Assembly (NCBI GenBank): GCA_963697165.1
Contig: CAVOMX010000014.1
Span: 1 to 64,000, forward strand
From: Candidatus Bathyarchaeota archaeon
Lineage (GTDB): Archaea > Thermoproteota > Bathyarchaeia > Bathyarchaeales > Bathyarchaeaceae
Reading direction: 5' to 3'
DNA: 64,000 nucleotides
The notes below the pieces were generated by a model. It was not told the origin of the DNA, did no database searches, and saw nothing but the letters and a program-made list of their open reading frames with translations. Shown piece after piece: positions 58,752 to 64,000 of the stretch. Position numbers and translations under genes: made by a program. Numbering within the stretch: the first letter of the stretch is position 1; every line of letters begins with the position of its first letter.

Positions 58752-58884
58752 TAGAACCGCCCAAACACCAATAAGCAACAGTCAAACTAAAATCGCAAAA
58801 AAACGGGCAAAAACAACAACTACACGCAGATACCAGAGAAAAACAAAAACCTCAAAAGCAAATACATATTGCATTTGCAATAAC

Positions 58885-58892
58885 TTTATATT
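58885..58892 (+). promoter_or_regulatory. TATA box of candidate ncRNA
   Basis: TTTATATT about 25-30 nt upstream of the structured GC island. Confidence 0.6.
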
Positions 58893-58918
58893 ATATGATG
58901 CTTTTTGACGCTCTTGAT

Positions 58919-59032
58919 GGATGGTGAGGGGACAACGAGAAAATACCCCCTGTTCTCCATTCGCCAAGAGACATACCCTCTCCTTGTGCGATCGACGGTG
59001 CATATGCGCGCATGCGCCATGTCCCCCCATCC
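58919..59032 (+). ncRNA. Candidate structured small RNA (four-helix junction)
   Basis: 13-bp closing stem plus three hairpins; GC island in an AT-rich intergenic region. Confidence 0.65.
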
Positions 59033-59090
59033 TTAGTTCTGGCATAAAACTACAGATAAAAAAGAGAATTAATGATAGAATGAACGACCG

Positions 59091-59390
59091 TTAGATTATT
59101 ACGGTTCTACGGATTTTGAAGCCATCAAACACTCCAGTGTATTCTTCCCATTTTATATCTATCTTCAAAACTCGGGCGCCTGAAGGTCCAAGTCCACAAA
59201 AATCAATCAGCTGCTCCACATCTCCTTTCTCCCCCTCAAAGATTGCTTCCACTCTACCATCAGATGCGTTTCGAACCCAACCTGCAACGCTTCTTTTCAG
59301 AGCCTCACAGCGAGTTTCCACCCTAAAGAATACTCCTTGAACCATACCGCTTACAAAGATATGGGCTCTAACATTCATGTTTCTCATCAA
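59091..59390 (-). CDS. acyP: Acylphosphatase
   Basis: GMVQGVFFR, GWVRN..DGRVE. Confidence 0.95.
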   Translation of the reverse strand: MMRNMNVRAHIFVSGMVQGVFFRVETRCEALKRSVAGWVRNASDGRVEAIFEGEKGDVEQLIDFCGLGPSGARVLKIDIKWEEYTGVFDGFKIRRTVII

Positions 59391-59452
59391 GCAGTAGCAA
59401 CTTAAACATATTTAACTAGCAGGCAAGAAGATTAAAAGTAAATAAGATTGTG

Positions 59453-59791
59453 TTAAGATGTTTTTTTGAAGTTTATAGATTGCCCTGATAGATCTACCTC
59501 GTAAATTTGATTCACATCAAAGTCTATACCAAACCTTTCATATTCACTCTCAGTTAGAAACAAAATCATTTTCGGGATAGCAAACTGAGTTGCTTGGGTA
59601 GCAAGCATTGGGAGTTGCTGCTGTAGACTTTTCATAACCTCCTGAACCATTTGTGCCTCTTCTGTTGCAGGTCTAACCGCAAACCGGGGAATAACCCGAT
59701 CTTCAATAAGCTCGATCCGTTTACCAAGGTTACCTTCAGGATCTTTGATAGATTCAATCTTCTGAACCCTGACACGTGTCACAATAACCAC
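59453..59791 (-). CDS. Arcadin-1 homolog
   Basis: RVRVQKIE...DP.G..GKRIEL.E, PKMILFLTESEYE..G..FDVNQIYEV. Confidence 0.75.
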   Translation of the reverse strand: MVIVTRVRVQKIESIKDPEGNLGKRIELIEDRVIPRFAVRPATEEAQMVQEVMKSLQQQLPMLATQATQFAIPKMILFLTESEYERFGIDFDVNQIYEVDLSGQSINFKKTS

Positions 59792-59812
59792 TTCACATAC
59801 CCAGTAGAATCC

Positions 59813-60223
59813 CAGAAGCCTTTATACATTTCTTAACTAGAAGATACTCATTCCATCTCAGCAGTTTTGCTCAAGACCCTGTAGAAGATTTCCCTGAATT
59901 TTTCCCGCTTTTCTTCAGCATCTCAGGATCCCGCAACTCCTTCATTTCACTTAAGAAACGTTCCTGCGAATTCACCAATTCATAGGTAAATTCAGGGGAG
60001 GCTGAGACAATATCTGTGCAACAATTTCAGGTTCTCCGTCTCGCATGAAGACTGTGTCAAGGATGAGACATAGAAGATTATTACTAGAGCACAGTTTGTG
60101 AGTACGGCATATATTGTGTTTTCTACACATCCTGAAACTGCTATGAGGGCTCGTTATTCTATGACAATTTTCTTGACGGCTTTTGTCTGCAGTTCCCCAA
60201 AGTTTTTCGGATCAAATTGCTTC
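59813..60223 (-). pseudogene. Frameshifted hypothetical ORF
   Basis: Protein-like fragments (MKQFDPKNFGELQTKAVKKIV; SPEFTYELVNSQERFLSEMKELRD) downstream of 60222..60677. Confidence 0.35.
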
Positions 60224-60677
60224 AAGGTTCTGCACAGCCCTCTGAAAGTAGTTGGTGTGCCATTTTTTCTGTTAGGTACATGCCCATCTGGGGCATTCTT
60301 TCTTTTCTGATAATTTTTGCCATTGCTTTTGTTGTGACAGGTTTTGTGAGTTCCTTTAGGTTTCTGAACCTAACGAAGGTAGCTTTTTTTCTTCCCTGCA
60401 GAAAATCTTGATATTCGTCATATGAGTTTAGTAAAGATTCATGTCCAAGAGATTTCCAGAGGTCTTTAGCGTTTCCGGTGACTCGTTCAATGAATTCTGC
60501 ATATCCTTGGATTTCTTTTCGGGGATGTGTCACATAGAAGAAAAGTTGTTTTGCATTTTTAGGGCCTACTACTCCTCTGCGGACAAAGGCGTGGATGGGC
60601 TTTCCTGTTCGACTTTGGTTGCATAATCGGGTCCAAAATTTTTCTAGATTCAAGACGATGAAAGCATATTTTTTCAA
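60222..60677 (-). CDS. PUA/ASCH-like (DUF365-like) protein
   Basis: LFFYVTHPRKEIQGYAEF...LWK. Confidence 0.65.
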   Translation of the reverse strand: MKKYAFIVLNLEKFWTRLCNQSRTGKPIHAFVRRGVVGPKNAKQLFFYVTHPRKEIQGYAEFIERVTGNAKDLWKSLGHESLLNSYDEYQDFLQGRKKATFVRFRNLKELTKPVTTKAMAKIIRKERMPQMGMYLTEKMAHQLLSEGCAEP

Positions 60678-60986
60678 CTTTTTTCACACACCCTCTGAAT
60701 TTATTGCTAATTATTTACATTCTTTATCTTTATAAACAAAAGAGGCAAAAAACATGAGATAATGGTCAATACTAGACAGAAAAGAACCTTGTTCCCAACT
60801 AACACAGAATAAGGGTTTCCTGAGGTCGAAACTGTTAAGTTATTTGTCATGGATGTAAAACTAGATGTTTAGGCTTACCTCCAAGAAGATTTGCTATACA
60901 CAGAAACATAGAAAAGTAACCCAACACGTTTGATAAAATCGGTTTAGAAGAAATTATTTTTATAATCAGACGTGAGTTGATAAATT

Positions 60987-61394
60987 TTGGAAGCTGTTGG
61001 CGTTGTTGTTGCAATAGTTACAAGGGGAAACAAGTTTTTGGTTGAACGCCGTCGATGGGATGAAAGGATTGACCCAGGTATAGTATGCTTGCCCGCGGGT
61101 CATGTTAAACCCAACGAAAGCCTAGAGGAAGCATTGAAAAGGGAGATGATGGAGGAGCTGGGTATCCAAGTTAAGGAGATACAGTTTGTATGCAAGAACT
61201 TCTATGTTGCAAGTAACGGCGAGAGACAGAATGCATATTGTTACCGTATTATTGACTTCGAAGGGGAACCCGTCTGTAAAGAGGCTGAAAATATTTTCTG
61301 GGAAGACGAAATCAATAAGATGAGTTTAGATGTTGACAGGAAGACACTTGAAAAAATGAGAGAAATCCAAAAAGAATTAGGTCAAGACGAATAA
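60987..61394 (+). CDS. Nudix hydrolase
   Basis: GHVKPNESLEEALKREMMEELG. Confidence 0.92.
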   Translation: MEAVGVVVAIVTRGNKFLVERRRWDERIDPGIVCLPAGHVKPNESLEEALKREMMEELGIQVKEIQFVCKNFYVASNGERQNAYCYRIIDFEGEPVCKEAENIFWEDEINKMSLDVDRKTLEKMREIQKELGQDE

Positions 61395-61428
61395 ACGACT
61401 AAACTGGACACCGAGGGAAAATTCAAAA

Positions 61429-62001
61429 GTGGACAATGACAGAAAAATGGAAAAACTGGCCAAGCCTCTGAAACAAACTTCAGAAAGTCTAAATGCAAAC
61501 GCCGCCGTTGTTGTGCTTTTGAGAGCAGCAGGTCAGGCCTTTCATGTCTTATTGGTGAAAAGAGCAGAAAACCCAACAGATAAATGGTCAGGACAGACTG
61601 CGTTCCCTGGAGGAAAACGAAATCCTGAAGACATAGACATCAAGGCAACTGTTGTTAGGGAAACTTCGGAGGAAACCAGCATAAATCTTCTGGAGGACTG
61701 CCGTTTTCTGGGAACAATGGAGCCTCTGAGCTCAGTAGAGAAACCTGAGATGAAAATTCTTCCATTCATTGTCATGCAGGAAAAGGAACAGGCAATAAAA
61801 CTGAACCATGAGTTAACGGAATACTTCTGGACCCCACTAAAAGAACTTGGCAGTAATAATGGAACAACCAAGTTGAGTCTCGGAGAATTCCCCGCCTACA
61901 AAATAGGTAAACATGTTATCTGGGGATTAACATACAATATTTTACATAACCTTCTTTCATTACTATCAGATATCGAGAAAGAAGAGTCAAAAGAAAACTA
62001 A
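61429..62001 (+). CDS. Nudix CoA pyrophosphatase (NudL-like)
   Basis: WSGQTAFPGG, RETSEETS, IWGLT. Confidence 0.88.
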   Translation: MDNDRKMEKLAKPLKQTSESLNANAAVVVLLRAAGQAFHVLLVKRAENPTDKWSGQTAFPGGKRNPEDIDIKATVVRETSEETSINLLEDCRFLGTMEPLSSVEKPEMKILPFIVMQEKEQAIKLNHELTEYFWTPLKELGSNNGTTKLSLGEFPAYKIGKHVIWGLTYNILHNLLSLLSDIEKEESKEN

Positions 62002-62045
62002 TTATTGTCATGGAAGGTATTCCAGTTTTTACTGGACAATACTGG

Positions 62046-63149
62046 TTATTTTTTGAAACTTTTGGTGGCATTAGAAACGCGTCTCAAGCACTCAAGTGCA
62101 TTCTCGTATGTTGGGTATCCCTTTAGTCCACATTCAGGCCCAGCATATAGAACCCTGTCTGCACCAAACCGCTCAACCACTTTAACCAGCCGATTCTTCA
62201 TTGTCACTACACTTTCCAGAAATATCTCTGGATCAACTGTTCCATTGTTCATGCAGGTCCAAGCGTCAGCAATCTGTTCGTTTGTATCTGATTCAGCCAG
62301 TTTTTTGTCTGGCGAATTTGTAATGATTCTTTTTTTGATCAATGCATCGAAGTCGTTAACGGTTATACTAGCCTTCAGAAACTTGTCTCTTGATTCTAGC
62401 AGTTCTCCAGTTTTCTTCATCTGGTGGAGGGGGTCATCAACATGCGAATCAATAATTTGTAAGGATTTTACATCCCAGAAAAGAGGGTTTGCTGTACTGT
62501 GAAGATGCATCATTGTCTGGGCGTTCTTGGATTTGACTTTATGACAAATGGACTCCCAAGTGCTTCGAAGGTTTTCTCTTCCTTCGGAACCAAAGTCGAT
62601 TAATTGGTCATCAAGCAACCCGAAGAGTGGCTCATCAATTGAAACCAAGCTTGTTTTGCCGTGTTTGTTGTTGAAAAGGGTGTTTTCCAAGATTTGGGAG
62701 ATGACGCTTCCGAGTCTGCTGAAGATACTTTTGTTTCTGTAAGAAAAGAAGGAGGCGAGTGTGTATGGTCCTGTGACACAAACCCTGACTTCGAAGGGTT
62801 CTCCCGTCTTTTCCTGAATCATTTGTGAGTTCTTTTCGATAGCTAGAACTTCAGGCATCTGACGTTTATCGGTCTTCAAAGAAGGAATCTTTGTTTCCAA
62901 GTAGCCTCCCGTAGTTTTTTCTAGCCCATTCATCATCGACATAAACATCGCGTTCATGTCTCTGAATTGAGGATAATTTGGAACATCGATGCTAACTCGG
63001 ATTTTGTCGAGAAAACTTTCAATCACACATTTCTCGAAATATTCGGCTAACTCGTCTGTTCGTTGGAGACTGAAACGTTTTGCTCCCTCCAAAAACTTTG
63101 CAGAATCACCCACAACTGGTAAGCTACCTGAATCGCACGATTTTATCAT
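62046..63149 (-). CDS. Single-barrel MetE-like (core methionine synthase-like) protein
   Basis: DSGSLP, YPQFRD, VTGPYTL, SIDEP, GPECGL. Confidence 0.75.
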   Translation of the reverse strand: MIKSCDSGSLPVVGDSAKFLEGAKRFSLQRTDELAEYFEKCVIESFLDKIRVSIDVPNYPQFRDMNAMFMSMMNGLEKTTGGYLETKIPSLKTDKRQMPEVLAIEKNSQMIQEKTGEPFEVRVCVTGPYTLASFFSYRNKSIFSRLGSVISQILENTLFNNKHGKTSLVSIDEPLFGLLDDQLIDFGSEGRENLRSTWESICHKVKSKNAQTMMHLHSTANPLFWDVKSLQIIDSHVDDPLHQMKKTGELLESRDKFLKASITVNDFDALIKKRIITNSPDKKLAESDTNEQIADAWTCMNNGTVDPEIFLESVVTMKNRLVKVVERFGADRVLYAGPECGLKGYPTYENALECLRRVSNATKSFKK

Positions 63150-63182
63150 TAAACTATCTCCCTCACTTTTCTTGTCTTCCTT

Positions 63183-64000
63183 CTATTCTGTTTTAAAGTG
63201 TTCCCATCCTCGAGCGTCTACAGAAACAGTTTTTTCACCTGTTTTTAGCAGACATTGTTTCTCTTTGGTAACTATTCCAATCTGTGTGAGATTTCCTCCC
63301 ACTGATTCCACAGCTTTTTTTGCTTCCTGCCAAAGACTTGGTTTAATTGTTACAACAAGCTCATATTCCTCTCCGCCATACAAAGCTAACTCCGCAGAAT
63401 CAAAACCATGAATATCCGCAAACATTTCCACTTCATGAGCTATAGGAAGATTGTTAATACAAAAGCCCACGTTACTCGCTTTAGAAAGCTCATGAAGACT
63501 CCACGCTAAGCCATCGCTAGAGTCTATGGAGGCAGTTGCGACCTGCGATTGAGCCAAAGCTATTCCTTCATTGACCCTTGCATTGGGCATGAGGACAGAC
63601 TCAACAAGCACTCCCATTATATCAGGAGCTGAAAGCCCATCTTCAGAATCTTCAATCCAGAGGTTGTTTTTCCGAAATAACCAGTTACTGCAATGTAATC
63701 TCCGGCTTTTGCGCCACTACGCTTTATCAAGTGATGCCTGTTGCATACTCCTAAGGCGGTGCAACTTATTATTAACTCAGAGGCTTCGTTTGTGTCGCCT
63801 CCCAGTATGTATGTGTCGTATTCGCGGGCGCCAGCATTTAGTCCCTTGCTCATCTGTTGTATGTCCGTTTCTGTAAAGTTTGGAGGTACTCCGATAGAGG
63901 CCAATAGAGCTAGAGGCTTTGCTCCCTTTGCTGCTAGATCACTTATGTTCATTACTACTGCTTTGCGGGCGGCTTGCCAGAGGCTCATGGTTCGCGGAAC
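63183..64000 (-). CDS. thiL: Thiamine-monophosphate kinase (partial, frameshift)
   Basis: NISDLAAKGA, GGDTN, DSSDGL, GGEEYEL, GWEHF. Confidence 0.93.

Overview
Archaeal chromosomal window, most consistent with Bathyarchaeia (TACK). This rests on the archaeal 16S rRNA, arcadin-1, L35Ae, GINS-MCM-Hel308, a ribophorin-I-like protein and an Fpo-like hydrogenase. Many genes, including essential ones such as EF-2, are split by 1-bp indels, so most breaks are probably consensus errors rather than pseudogenes. From left to right the window holds an accessory region (tyrosine-integrase remnant, MFS, GGR, TrmB pieces, a 39-aa repeat protein, DMT, CYTH), then EF-2, a PadR gene with two ABC-2 exporters, a GH113 membrane cluster, a stand-alone 16S rRNA, replication genes, purB/asnB and a ribophorin-like gene. 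It continues with a 10-gene complex-I-like [NiFe] hydrogenase operon plus FrhB/FpoF-CBS, surE, arcadin-1, two Nudix genes, a MetE-like gene and thiL. Two signals are not explained by these features. One is a dispersed 38-bp element with a palindromic arm-6-arm core, found only between convergent genes (4 clear copies plus degenerate ones). The other is a promoter-bearing, four-helix candidate ncRNA at about 58919-59032 with two AUACCC loops. All calls come from reading the sequence; no searches were run.
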